A stretch of DNA of 63,524 bases, counting the filler, from Craspedostauros australis (Eukaryota), in assembly GCA_030167865.1 (NCBI GenBank). It is 19 parts of 19 records of this genome, joined end to end, with 100 filler letters (N's around TTAATTAATTAA, not from the genome) between each part and the next. Parts side by side here need not be neighbours in the genome. Positions count along the whole stretch, not along the records: positions 31,522 to 38,042 come from JALAGF010000683.1; positions 38,143 to 42,100 come from JALAGF010000684.1; positions 42,201 to 45,518 come from JALAGF010000685.1; positions 45,619 to 51,835 come from JALAGF010000686.1; 15 more parts are not named here. One strand, 5' to 3'. Of the stretch, positions 37,380 through 49,239 are shown piece after piece. Every line of letters starts with the position of its first letter. Position 1 is the first letter of the stretch. The position numbers and the translations under genes were made by a program. Below the pieces are notes generated by a model, which was not told the origin of the DNA, searched no databases, and saw only the letters and a program-made list of their open reading frames with translations.

Positions 37380-38042
37380 TAATTAGCGCAACGCTATATT
37401 CGTACAACAGAGACATCCGTCGACCAATCATAAAACTATATTTTTCTCCGTTTCTCCGTATTGTATGGGAATCGTGGTGCGACATGACGTCATGTCTATC
37501 GTGTGTCGCATTTTGCGTCGCATGAATTGTTTTTCCCTTCAATCACAGATTTCGGATGTCACGGAGACAATTTCTTGCCCATCCTGAATTCCAAGAAGGT
37601 ACTTCCGTCCAACCAGGACAGACTCCGGTCTTGGGTCCGATAAATGTGAAACAGGCCCTGACCTTCTCAAGTGAATACGATCAATCGTGTGATCATACAA
37701 CTGGCAACATCGTGAGGGGTTGCCCTCTACAACATGGCGTATTGTGGTGTTTGTTGTTTGATTTTTGCAAATCTGAACCCACGCAGTAACACGCACATTT
37801 GTCGTGTTGTCTCCATGTTATATTCCATCTGCAATTGCATGAGACCTGCAAATCGTCCCTCATGCTCACAGTTCCAAGATCTCAATCTTTGGAGCTTGAC
37901 AGCATCCTACCTACTCATATGACTATCACTCAAATCAACACTCATCCTCACCAACAACAACTATTAGCGCACGCTAAATCTCTAACAATAGCGACACCCG
38001 TCGACCAATCAGAAATCTCCACTTTTCTTACCTTTTCCGTTC
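37380..38042. repeat. ~580-bp dispersed/tandem repeat unit plus head of a second unit (possible non-autonomous Helitron-like)
   Basis: Head ATTAGCGCA(A)CGCTA..GTCGACCAATCA at ~37381 and 37962; 37962-38042 identical to 45192-45272; body similar to 45408-45518 and 45619-45988. Confidence 0.7.
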
Positions 38043-39061
38043 NNNNNNNNNNNNNNNNNNNNNNNNNNNNNNNNNNNNNNNNNNNNTTAATTAATTAANN
38101 NNNNNNNNNNNNNNNNNNNNNNNNNNNNNNNNNNNNNNNNNNGTGGGGACGCAAACTGAGCGTCCAATTTGCGTCCGGACGCAAGCTACGTAGGCCAGTA
38201 CCAGGCCAAAATCATTATGGATATGATCTGAAGTCACTCTTGTGTGGGTGGATCGTGGTCGTTTGGAGGCGTCTGTGCCGATGTCGTGAATCGTGCATGA
38301 CGGGGCGAAAACAACACGAATCAGCCACAACTCATTCCTGGTTGCATGACTGCTTGGAGTCCATCAATCCGAATTCTTCGACCGCTTCGACCACAAAAGG
38401 CGTACAATCATTCCCAATCGGGGAAACCAAACCGTGATGATGTCAAACCGCCAGAGGAGGTCACATGATCTTCTCGAAGTTCTGAGAAAAAGTGAGAAGG
38501 AACGCTGAGATACAGGGACTGAAAAGACGCAGGCATCACAATTTGACGTGTTGTTGTTGTTGTTGTTGCTGGAAGGGCGTGTGCATCTGTCGTTGATTGG
38601 AGGTGAGTTGAAGTTCGTGACAAAGGAGCAGCAGCAAGCTGAGGGTGTGTCGTGCGGAATGGTACGCCACGAGTGAGTATTGGCATCCTGTGTGTGCGAG
38701 GTTACTCTCTCTGCACTTCGGAAGGTCTTTTCGTATCTGTGTGGGGAACGAGTGTTCTCTGGAACCTCTCTGGCAGCATCTTGCCTCCGTGTTCTGGTTT
38801 CTTGCATCGCAACTCGTTCCGTTGTGTGGAGTTCTTTGCTGATCGTTTTGGTCTTGGTGTCAGTTTCAGGCCTTGTTGCTCCACTCCGCTCTGCGATCCA
38901 CCCCACAGTCGACAGGCAACAAACAGAACAAGCCAAATCCAAACCAGAGAGCAGACATCACACACCGTGTCATTCAGTCACATAAAATCCAAACGCAAGA
39001 AAGGCAAACAGCTTTCCAATCCACGCCAACACAAACACCACCAACAAACAGATCATCAACC

Positions 39062-39760
39062 ATGCCAGGTGTGTGCTCGTATCGTCATCGTCGCAGTCTC
39101 AGCCATCGTTCTTGGATTCATACCACCGCTGCGCACAACAGGACCCGCCGCAACTCGTCGGTTGGCACTGGACGTGATGACTGCCTGATCCAAATCGTTT
39201 GACCTATATCGCTGTGCTTGCCGCAGAAACTGCAGACGCATTCCTCATGCGCATGATACAGAGCAGAGCACAGGAACCCGTCACGGCCGCTGACGCCTTC
39301 ATCTCACACATCTGCATTGCCCATGTTCATGTTCCTGCCCATGTATCACCCCCTTGTCTGACATGTGACCATCCCACAACGAATATCCACGAACTTGCAT
39401 CCCGTGACATCCATCGCCCCACCCCAACATTCATTGCAATCATTGCAATGTCTGGCGTACTCGTATGCAGGCAAGAGCACAAGAGGAACCGAGGGATACA
39501 ACCCAAGCGTTGTGTCGTACAGCGGCAAGACCGATGTCCCAGCCAAGGCGCCAAAGACCAAGTTCATGGAATCCTACGAGCCAGCCAACGTGAGCCTCTT
39601 CGGAAAGACCGATGAGCCAGCCGTCCCACCAAAGACCAAGTACATGGAATCCTACGAGCCAGCCAACGTCTCGTTGTTTGGAAAGGACGAGAACACAGTG
39701 CAGAAGGCGCCAAAGGCCCGCTACATGGAGGCCTACGACCCTGCCAAGGTCAGCTTCTAA
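39062..39760 (+). CDS. 98-aa tandem-repeat protein; exons 39062-39068 and 39471-39760
   Basis: caaccATG CCA G|gtgtgt...tatgcag|GC AAG splices in frame to MPGKSTRG...; four YxPxxVS(L)F/Y repeats ~25 aa apart; C/G-ending codon bias; TAA at 39758-39760. Confidence 0.75.
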
Positions 39761-42238
39761 GCGCGTCGATACTCGTGGCTCGAACGTGCCTTTGGTAGAG
39801 TGGCATCTCCAGCGTCGCTGTATTCCCCGAGTTGGAACTGCGGAGAGCAGCAGAGCGCCCATGTGGATGGGCACATCCACGTCCTCAAGCGATGGGATCA
39901 CATGCTGAAATTGGCATGGCTTTGCCGCCACAGCCAACCACCAGAGCGATCCGCGAAGGAGGAACGGGACGTGACAAGTTCAAGCAGGGCAAGAGACGAA
40001 TTGAGAATGATTCCACATTGTAAATTGAGATAAGAATGCATGTAAATTCATGACGACACCGACACACTCCACTGGAAGCTCCACTGTTCATGTTGTGCTC
40101 TGCGAGTATCCCACAGACGCGTAATGCTCACCTTGTATAGTTGTAATGTCATATGCTCCCGATGGATGTACGAGCGTGGAGAGCGAAAGGGACCTCTGTC
40201 ACATGGCCTTCAAAGTCCCGGATTGTTCCCACTCCAAAGGTTTGGGAAAGGCAAGCAAAGTGCAACTTCGGAAGTTGGCATCGGAGGGCAGAAATCCTTC
40301 AGCCTCCCTCTCTTGCGGATGATTCCGATTCGAACGACGATGCCGCCCTTCTTCCTCCTCCTTCTGCTTCCATTTTCATTGCAGAACTACCGTGCTGCCA
40401 TTCGATCATCGCAACCTGATGCCCTCTTGAGTTTCGTACTCGCATGGCATTGCGCAGCTTCGTCTGATGGTGACAACGGCCCTTCTGGCACATCGTTGCC
40501 TCCCTCTGTTTCCTTCGCCATATGCCCGAGAATGCTCATTGAAGCCCAAGATCGGTCCTATTTTTGCAGTATTGACACCAGTGACGGATGATCAGCTGGT
40601 GGCATGCACACGTCCGTTCTGCCATCTGCGTGTGATGTGATACGATTCTTCATCATCGTGTCCACGCTGGGTTTGTGCGCAGTCAGCAGATGGAGGGAGG
40701 GGCACCGTTTGAAGAACATTGCGTTCACCGTTCATCGTTCGTCATTGTGGCCGTTTTCGTTCCTGTCATTGTTTGATGTTGCGATTGCGATTGTGACTGC
40801 GATTGTGATCGTGGCATTGGTGAGTGAGGTTGTGTTCCATTGTATACCAAGACCGACGCTCGCATGCTCTGGCCAGCTCGGCTCGGCCCTTGGACTGTCG
40901 TCTCCCTTTGGCTACAGCATCGTTGTGCCATGGTTGCCAGCCATGCGACGACAGCTGCATTGAGCCGTTGCGTTTAGAGTATCCGTTATGTTGTCCGTCA
41001 CAGAGGTCCACCCAGATTCGCCAACAAGGGACTACCACCGAAATTGTGGGGGTAAAGAAGCGCGTAACGTCTATTTAACGTCACATTGCCAAATTCCACA
41101 TCCAACACAGAAGAATGCGGGAGCGGTAGACGCGCTCACCGTGGAAGCTCCAATCCCGGCAAACAACGGCGCACAAGGGAGAAATACGCACACAGAATGT
41201 CGCAAGGGCGCGTGGTTGAAGACACGAAGACAAAGAAGGCGAAAGACGCGGATTCTCACCCACAGCAACAAGTGCGCACACGCGCGAAGAGCGAGAACGC
41301 AAAAGGTTCCACACGCTGCGCCCACAGAGCGAAGGTGGAGGCGTCGCAAAATCAATTCCTCTCATTTCTTGAAAGAAGCACAAAGCGGATCTTGGCAACA
41401 ACGCGCAATTCTCTCCCTTTCGAAGTAACTGTAGTCCGCTTTAAACTCGTTTCGAAAAAGAGCTGTGAGCCAATCGATTACTTAGGGGCGCCCACTGACG
41501 TGGCGCCCGATACTACGGGAGTTTTCCCATGGTATCAACAAACGAGTTTGTCCGGAACGGTGGTACCAAAACTTAGTCGGTCTGGTCCTTGTTGCCAGCA
41601 TGCATGGATGAGACTCGATGCTCTCAACTTTTTTCAAAAATGCCAAGGCGCGCGCTTTTTGGAAATTGTCATTGCCGATTGGCACTTCGCGCCGGCCGGC
41701 GGACGGGAGAAAATGCACCACGATAACGCTAGTTGTTGAGGTCCAGCTCCAATATGGGAGAAACGGCTATTTTGTATATTTATATATTTCGTGTTGGTCG
41801 TTTCGATCCGTCTTCGACGTCACAAGGAACGATACCACTCCATAGAACACCAATCACAAGACGCCACNGAACATCATTGCTGTGNTACGTGGTAGTGGAA
41901 GGGTTGCGTGGCCTTGGTACTTGTGAAGCGTTCTGTGCATTGTGCTTTGCGCACATTCGGTACAATTCTGGGTAATCTCCACGTCCCCCAACCGTTGAGA
42001 ACAACACACTTGACACAACAGCACCACAACAACACGACAATGGAGAAACACAACGAAACTCCCCAAGCGCCGTCGAACGGCATCATCGGCGCTGCGATAA
42101 NNNNNNNNNNNNNNNNNNNNNNNNNNNNNNNNNNNNNNNNNNNNTTAATTAATTAANNNNNNNNNNNNNNNNNNNNNNNNNNNNNNNNNNNNNNNNNNNN
42201 CACACACACACACACACACACACACACAATAATTCACA

Positions 42239-45052
42239 ATGGTTGGCTCTGACAAACGTTTTTACAAAACTGGGCCAGACGCTCGCAGCTTGTTAAAGTC
42301 ATTCCTAGACGATCCAACAAAATGGCACTGGGAGGCAGCACCTCTGCGTCACAATCATCCGTTTCTCATGAAGTACGATGCCAACAAATTTGTTTGGATC
42401 CTTCGAGAATACAAACGAGCTTTGGTCAAAAAGAATTTAGTTCATGGTAAGTGTGCATGTGGGTGACACGTTTCAGCATCCGTGTGCATGCTGAAGTTTC
42501 TGTTCTGCCCACAATGCAATCAAGTGTCAATGACTCACACCATTGCCATTGCATTGGTTGCTCATCTCTTGCCTTTCTCTGTTTGTGAAAGAGCACTATC
42601 AAAAAATCACAAGGGGAGAGCAAAAGCAAAGTACCATGCCAGGATTTGAACCTGGAGCCTCAGTGAGAATTACTGGTGCTCTACCGTTGAGCCACAGGCG
42701 TTGCGATTGCTGATCCGAACACAAGTGAAATTTATAGATAGTGGGGGCTACAGGAGTAACGTAATTTGCACTATACGTATTTGTGCTGATAGTTTGTGGT
42801 ATGCATGAACACATGTATTTTGCACCTGGCAAATGCAACGAAGTGGATGGCATGCCAAATAAAATCTCACAGTTGGAGCTCGGCGCCACCCTCCGTCCAA
42901 TTGACGAACCAAACAATTTGGACACCACTACAGCCACCTCTGACCGTCACAACCACAGGAACAACAGCAACCACATCACCAACACAGAAATGAGCATGAA
43001 CAATGAGCACAGTCACAGCCATGCAACAAAAAGCACAAGAAGCCGGCACTGTCGCAACCTCCAGAGGGCACTGGAGGACAGCCCACCTTCGCCCAGCCCA
43101 ACAGAGGATGCAACCAGAAGCTTTCGAAGCATATTGGAGGGCTTGGATGATGATTCAGATGTTGTGGGCACTGACTCTGATGATGACAATGCAGATCTTG
43201 GGGGGAACACAATCCAATGTTGCCCCCATGCAAAGACGCACCCAACGACCCCATCACTGCAAGATTTCAGTGCTTCTTCAACCTTCCAGAGGAGCACCGT
43301 GTCATGAAGTTCTGTAAACTTCATCGAACCATTGAAGTGTTTCACACAACACATGTCTGGAGGCCTCATGGGGAGAGGTATTGGATGATTGGCATGGACT
43401 TCCACATGCTGACCTGCACCACCAAATGCGATGCAACTGTCACAATCGAGACCTGGAAGGTTGATGGCATACCACGCATGTTCCTTGTCCTCCTCTATAA
43501 GCCACCAGAGGCTTTCGGCCATGATGGGAGCATTGTTGATGTCCTTGTTGACAAGCTTGGGCATCCTTTCTCAGACGCCAGTCAGAAACGTGCTGCACAC
43601 ATAAGGCAATTTCGAACTGAGGACTTCCGTCGATCCTTCCGGTCGGAAACGCTTGTTCCAATGCCATTCCCCATTGACATATTCTTTTGTGGTACACCAT
43701 GCAGGAGATTGGGAAGATGCGTGTGGCTTCGCCATGCAGTGGCAGATAATGAAGGAAACATTCAGGACACACTAACAATCACTGTGAGACTGAAAGAGGC
43801 AATGACAGGTGTTGGTGTGACAAGGCACTTCTCTACCTGTGATGGCCTTGGCTTTGCAGATGTGGAAACGAAAAGGCCCACAACAGATAGCCTTGCCAGT
43901 GCTGCTCCCAAAAATACAGCAAGCAATACAGAAACCAACACCTTCAGCAATCCAACCAGCAGCATCACTCCCTTGGAGAGGACTGCTGCACAGATATCCA
44001 GGACTTCATTGCCCATACATCAGCAGGGTACTTCTCCAACAACCACTGCATATCAGCACCAGAAGCCAATGCCATCCATAGTGGATGATACCGTATCTGT
44101 GATGACGGACACCACGGAGCTCCTGCAAGATTGTTTGGCTCTGCAGAAAGTACGGATTGCAATGATGGAGTCGCAAATGGCCAATAAGCTGGAAGTCAGG
44201 TGTGCAAAGACCCAGAATCAGGTTGCAACCAATCCCAACAACCCAAGGGCACTTGAAAACAGCCACAGAATCAGTCCACCAAGAAAGAAACTTTGCTTCA
44301 CTGGAGAGGGACAGGTGCACAACGATGCTGAGGTGAACATCAATGTGATTTCAGGCTCTAACAAGTGGTGGAAACACGAGGATACATCTCTGGATGCAGC
44401 CTTGATGGAGAATTCTGGTCAGCCAATGAGCAGAGGTGATACACGAGTCAGAGGAGGTGTTGTGACTACAAGTGTTACACGAGGTAACACAAACCAGGGC
44501 TATCCGCAGAGTGTGATTGCTGGTGAAGGAGACCACACCAGCCGCATTCTTCCAATGCCATCATCAATTGTGCCAAGAACAGCAGACACAGAGAGGATGC
44601 CACCACCACCATTGCTAGCATCAGTGTTGCAACAGGGAGTCCATGATCAGTGCCACCAAACAAGAGCGGAGACACGAATCACAGCATCAACATAATTGTC
44701 ACCAGGAATGCCCCAGTTGGGTACAGAGAATGGCCCCAATGGAACAGAGAATAATAGGTCGCCATCACCAATCACAGCCAGGAAGAGGACAGCAGAATCT
44801 GCTGCAGACAATCCAACAGAGCCAGAAACAGAGAAAATTCATCCACCACCACCAGCAGCAGCAGCAACCACAGTGCCAACACAAACAGCAGCAACCAGTA
44901 GGGATCAACCAACAGAAGAAGTGGAAACAATGCAGCAGCAACAAAATCAGGAGGAAGGTGATGGAGGAAAGGCATTGGATGTTGAGGCAGATGTGGGCAT
45001 GAGGACACAAGGGCGAGCAGCACGAGAAGAGGGCAATGCTGCTGATTGGTGA
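42239..45052 (+). pseudogene. Uncharacterised, frame-broken, CpG-depleted gene (possibly a transposon accessory gene); longest ORF 43217-44695
   Basis: Putative first exon 42239-~42446 ending at GTAAGT; overlapping ORFs 42783-43307, 43217-44695 and 44696-45052; globular-looking region followed by a low-complexity tail. Confidence 0.4.
42631..42701 (-). pseudogene. tRNA-derived sequence (pseudo-tRNA or SINE-like head)
   Basis: GCCTGTGGCTCAACGGTAGAGCACCAGTAATTCTCACTGAGGCTCCAGGTTCAAATCCTGGCATGG: intact D-arm/A box and T-arm/B box, 4-bp anticodon stem around AATTCTC, acceptor stem mostly unpaired. Confidence 0.7.
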
Positions 45053-45191
45053 AGACAGAAAGATGACAAATCATGAGGTGTAACTGAAGAGGAGACCGGC
45101 ATGGGTATGGATAAAACAGTAGCACACAAAGCTAACAAGAACAATATTGGTAATCGCTGCAGTCATCAACCTTGTGAAAGGCAATGCATGT

Positions 45192-45988
45192 TATTAGCGC
45201 ACGCTAAATCTCTAACAATAGCGACACCCGTCGACCAATCAGAAATCTCCACTTTTCTTACCTTTTCCGTTCCGAANNNNNNNNNNNNNNNNNNNNNNNN
45301 NNNNNNNNNNNNNNNNNNNNNNNNNNNNNNNNNNNNNNNNNNNNNNNNNNNNNNNNNNNNNNNNNNNNNNNNNNNNNNNNNNNNNNNNNNNNNNNNNNNN
45401 NNNNNNCCAATCAGGACAGACTTGGATCTTGGGTGTGACACGTGCGAATCTTGTCCTGACCTTCTCAAGTGAATACGATCAATCGTGTGATCGTACTACT
45501 AGCAACATCGTGAGAAGANNNNNNNNNNNNNNNNNNNNNNNNNNNNNNNNNNNNNNNNNNNNTTAATTAATTAANNNNNNNNNNNNNNNNNNNNNNNNNN
45601 NNNNNNNNNNNNNNNNNNATGAGCCAATCTGCCCAATCAGGACAGACTTGGATCTTGGGTGTGACACGTGCGAATCTTGCCCTGACCTTCTCAAGTGAAT
45701 ACAATCAATCGTGTGATCGTACTACTAGCAACATCGTGAGAAGACGTAATTTACAACACGGGCTATCGCGGTGTTTTTTGTTCATTGACTTTTGCACCTC
45801 ATCTTCACGCAGTAACACGCACATTTGTCGTGTTGTCTCCGTGTTATTTTTACTTGCAATTGCATGAGATCATGTCATGCCTCTCTCATGCTCACAGTTC
45901 NNNNNNNNNNNNNNNNNNNNNNNNNNNGCATTCATACTACCATACGAATAATACTCAATAACAACACTCATCCTCACCCCAACAACGA
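45192..45988. repeat. Further copies of the 37380-38042 repeat family, on two scaffolds split by a linker
   Basis: Shared blocks such as CCTGACCTTCTCAAGTGAATAC and CACGCAGTAACACGCACATTTGTCGTGTTGTCTCC. Confidence 0.8.
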
Positions 45989-46040
45989 TCTGATCACTCT
46001 ACGTTTCGGTGCGGAATCCCATCCTTGATTTCGTTCTAAC

Positions 46041-46324
46041 AGAGTACGCATCGAACACAGAGTATCGTGTAGCACGAGCACACAATGTTGAGAGAGAGAG
46101 AGAGAGAGAGAGAATACAGAGAGGAGCGAGAGAGGATCTTGCATACCAACTCATAGTTGGAGACTGAATCTACAAAACAGATTGAAGCGCTGAGAGCATC
46201 GGGCAAGACAACTGGTGTACACCGAGAGGATCGGAGTAACCAAGTAATGAAATAGCAAACAGACAACTATCAACCAACACCATCTTCCACGATCGTAGGT
46301 TACCGTGAGCGGAACTTGCCAACA
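46041..46324 (+). mobile_element. 3' ~285 bp of an LTR, inverted relative to the neighbouring element and truncating its gag
   Basis: Matches the end of the 29597-30075 unit; ends GGAACTTGCCAACA exactly where the gag-like frame is cut. Confidence 0.7.
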
Positions 46325-47691
46325 TGCGTTGAAATCCTCTTGTTCACCGCTGAACATTGGCGCCTTGATGCGTCGCTTGTTCATGTTGGCTGATGTAGCC
46401 ATGTTGACTCGTTGTTTTGTTGATGGCGCGCGCACGCTCCTGATTTCCGTTTGTTTCTGTGTTGTCGTTTCTTCGATTTTCGCTTGTTGTTGCGCGGAGA
46501 TTGATTTGCTCACAAATTCTCCTCCTGATGGTGTCTCACTTTTCTCACCCTGGTTGGTTGTGTGAATGCTCTCCGTCACACCAGTCTCCTCTTGTCTGAC
46601 CGCCTTGAGAATGCTCTTCTCCTCGCGGTGTAGTCTTGCAGACCGTTCTTCCTTGGGCTCGTTGATTGCGCTTGCCTCTGCGCCTGATAGGACAGTAGCT
46701 GCAGCTGCTTCCTTCTGTTGTTGAAGTCAAGTCTCACTTGCACCTTCTTATTGCTTGATAGCCGGATTGGACAGAGGGATGTCTTTCAATCCCTCTTCCT
46801 CGCTCATTCAGCCTGCTGCTCTTGAATGGTGTTGCCTTCCTCATACAATCCGATCCACGGGCTTGCCCTGATCTATCGTTTATAAACGTGTTGGCAAGTT
46901 CCGCTCACGGTAACCTACGATCGTGGAAGATGGTGGTGGCTGATAGTCGTCTGTTTGCTATTTCATTCCGTTGGCACTCTGATCCTCTTGGTGTCCGTTC
47001 TCTTGCCCGATGCTCTCGGCGCTTCAATCTGTTTTGTAGATTCAGTCTCCGACTATGAGTCAGTGTGCGAGATGCTCTCTCGCTGCTCTTCTTATGCTCT
47101 CTCTCTCTCTCTCTCTCAATATCGTGTACTCGTACTACACGATACTTTGCGTTCGATGCGTGCTCCACATTCAACACTCCATTTGTTCCTTACTGGTTCC
47201 TACTCCATGAGTGCTTACCATTTGAACTTCACCTCTCGTATCCATGATCTTGATGTCCTTGGGTCATCGGATCTTTGCCTCCTGCTCTGACATAGAGACA
47301 GATGTCGACGTGGTGACATGATGACATCCTGTCGACGTCAGTAGGCGTCCTTCTGCTCTCCAGATGTCACGTTTCATTGGTGATGCAGCAGTCTGTCAGA
47401 TGATATCGTCATCTGAGGTTTAGTTGGGAAGTACCTCGAGATTCTCTCGGTACCATTGATGGATGGACGGACGATNNNNNNNNNNNNNNNNNNNNNNNNN
47501 NNNNNNNNNNNNNNNNNNNNNNNNNNNNNNNNNNNNNNNNNNNNNNNNNNNGCTGTAATTCTGACGAATCACAGCATACTATTGACACGAATGTAGTTAT
47601 ACCGTCCAAGTGCGTATGAGAGAATAACGGGTGAACGATGCACATATACACGTATATCTCGACATATACTCACATGTACATCTTGCCAACA
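46325..47691 (-). mobile_element. 5' end of an LTR retrotransposon: LTR 47691-46889, leader, gag-like start at 46402
   Basis: LTR bounded by perfect 10-bp inverted ends TGTTGGCAAG...CTTGCCAACA; downstream MATSANMNKRRIKAPMFSGEQEDFNA resembles the Copia gag N-terminal PxFSGxxxDF motif. Confidence 0.65.
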
Positions 47692-49239
47692 GTTCAGAGA
47701 AGTAGATTCAAACAAGCAATTAGCTTTCTACTATCATCACCACCCCGGCTTTCCAACAGCCTTTCATCAGGCATCTTCATCATGCATATCCTCATATTCG
47801 TTCTTGTCTACATTCATGTGGTACGTTCTGCAGGCAGGCATTCATATTGTCACAGCTTTCTAATAGAGCCCAAACATAATGGCTGTGGTCTTTGTTGGCT
47901 TTGTTGTTAACTTTGGGCAGAGGCTTGATTGGCAAGCAGTCCGAATGTGAGTCTTCTGTTCCACAAGTACTCAATTGAGAATACTGATAGATGGTGAAGA
48001 AACGTGCAGAATATGAGTATTTGTGCTAATGTTCTTCCCTTCAGGGAGGATCTCCGGTTGTCCTGGCTGACTGTGTGTACAGGTCACGTAGCCTGAGTGC
48101 CATGGAATGAGATCCCTTGGTTGATTGCCATGAGAGACAGCAGGTGTTGGTGCGAGCTTTTGGGGCGCTGTCCCCACAGTTCCGGTCTTGTCCATGCATC
48201 GGTAATTCAGCGGGGATGGGTTTCGGTGACCTGGCTATCGGAACCCTCTGATTTCCTTGACACGGGTTCCAAAGATCTGCTTCAATGATCTGGTTGTGTC
48301 CCCAAACATGGTTCCCGATGAGGTGTGGATTCGATCTACTGGACTGCCGTTGAGTCTGATGGTTCTTTGTGCCTCTTACTAAGGTAGTTACTATTTTAGC
48401 TCTATTACGCTGACCAGCACACCACCCGATGCAGAATGAAGTGACGAATACAGCCATGCCATTCACTTGAGCAATACACGAAACAGAATTGGATGCGGGT
48501 CTTTGGAAGGCCGTCGGTCGAGGTTGGACGAAAAAGCAACAAATTTCTGTACCAGAACGTCGTAGACTCTACGCAGTCACCAATGGTTACCAACGAAAAA
48601 AGTCCGTATGTCGTCCGTATGAAAAGGCCCGATATAGGGTCAAAAGAGGCATCGAGATGAACAGCAAGCGGAGATCGTTTGCCGACAATGAACACATCAA
48701 CAGAGAGCTCTCACTCTCCTCTTCCTAATGATGCAAAGATGTCAAGCAACGGCCATCAGCTCATCGAATGGTTGCTTGTGCCGTCGGCGATACGCCAATG
48801 GTTACCAATAATTACCAAAAAGTGCCAAAAAACCGGAAATTAGCCAATAGCCACTAGAGTAACCGGGTCTTAGCCTGACAGTGTTCGGCTGATGCTGCAC
48901 TTTGACTTATATAATATTATGTCCGTATGTTAGTTTTACGAGTGTAAGAGTGTGTGTGATGTGAATTGTTTCACAGTGCGCCGCGTGTTGGGGCTGTCAG
49001 GCACTGGTCAAATTGAGCGCTACATCGCTTTCTTGTCCCAGCAACGCTCTCGCCCAAGTCCGTGGATACTGTATGCCGATGGACGGCGAGATCCTTTTCA
49101 TACTTTGGTTGCGCTGAAGACCCAATGAAGAGGGTGATTTGGTATTATCCATAAGGCGGCCCGCCCAAACCCTTCAAGATCTGGATTTGGTGTGGAACCG
49201 AAGGAGGAATGTGCTCGTACCTCTGCTTCCACAGGCCGC

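Noticed and set aside
41500..41540. PBS-like TGGCGCCCGA and TGGTATCA
   Set aside because: No LTR ending in CA directly upstream of the first, matches are short, and no retroelement ORF follows.
42631..42701. Functional tRNA-Glu(TTC)
   Set aside because: Acceptor stem does not pair and the anticodon loop lacks U33; kept only as tRNA-derived.
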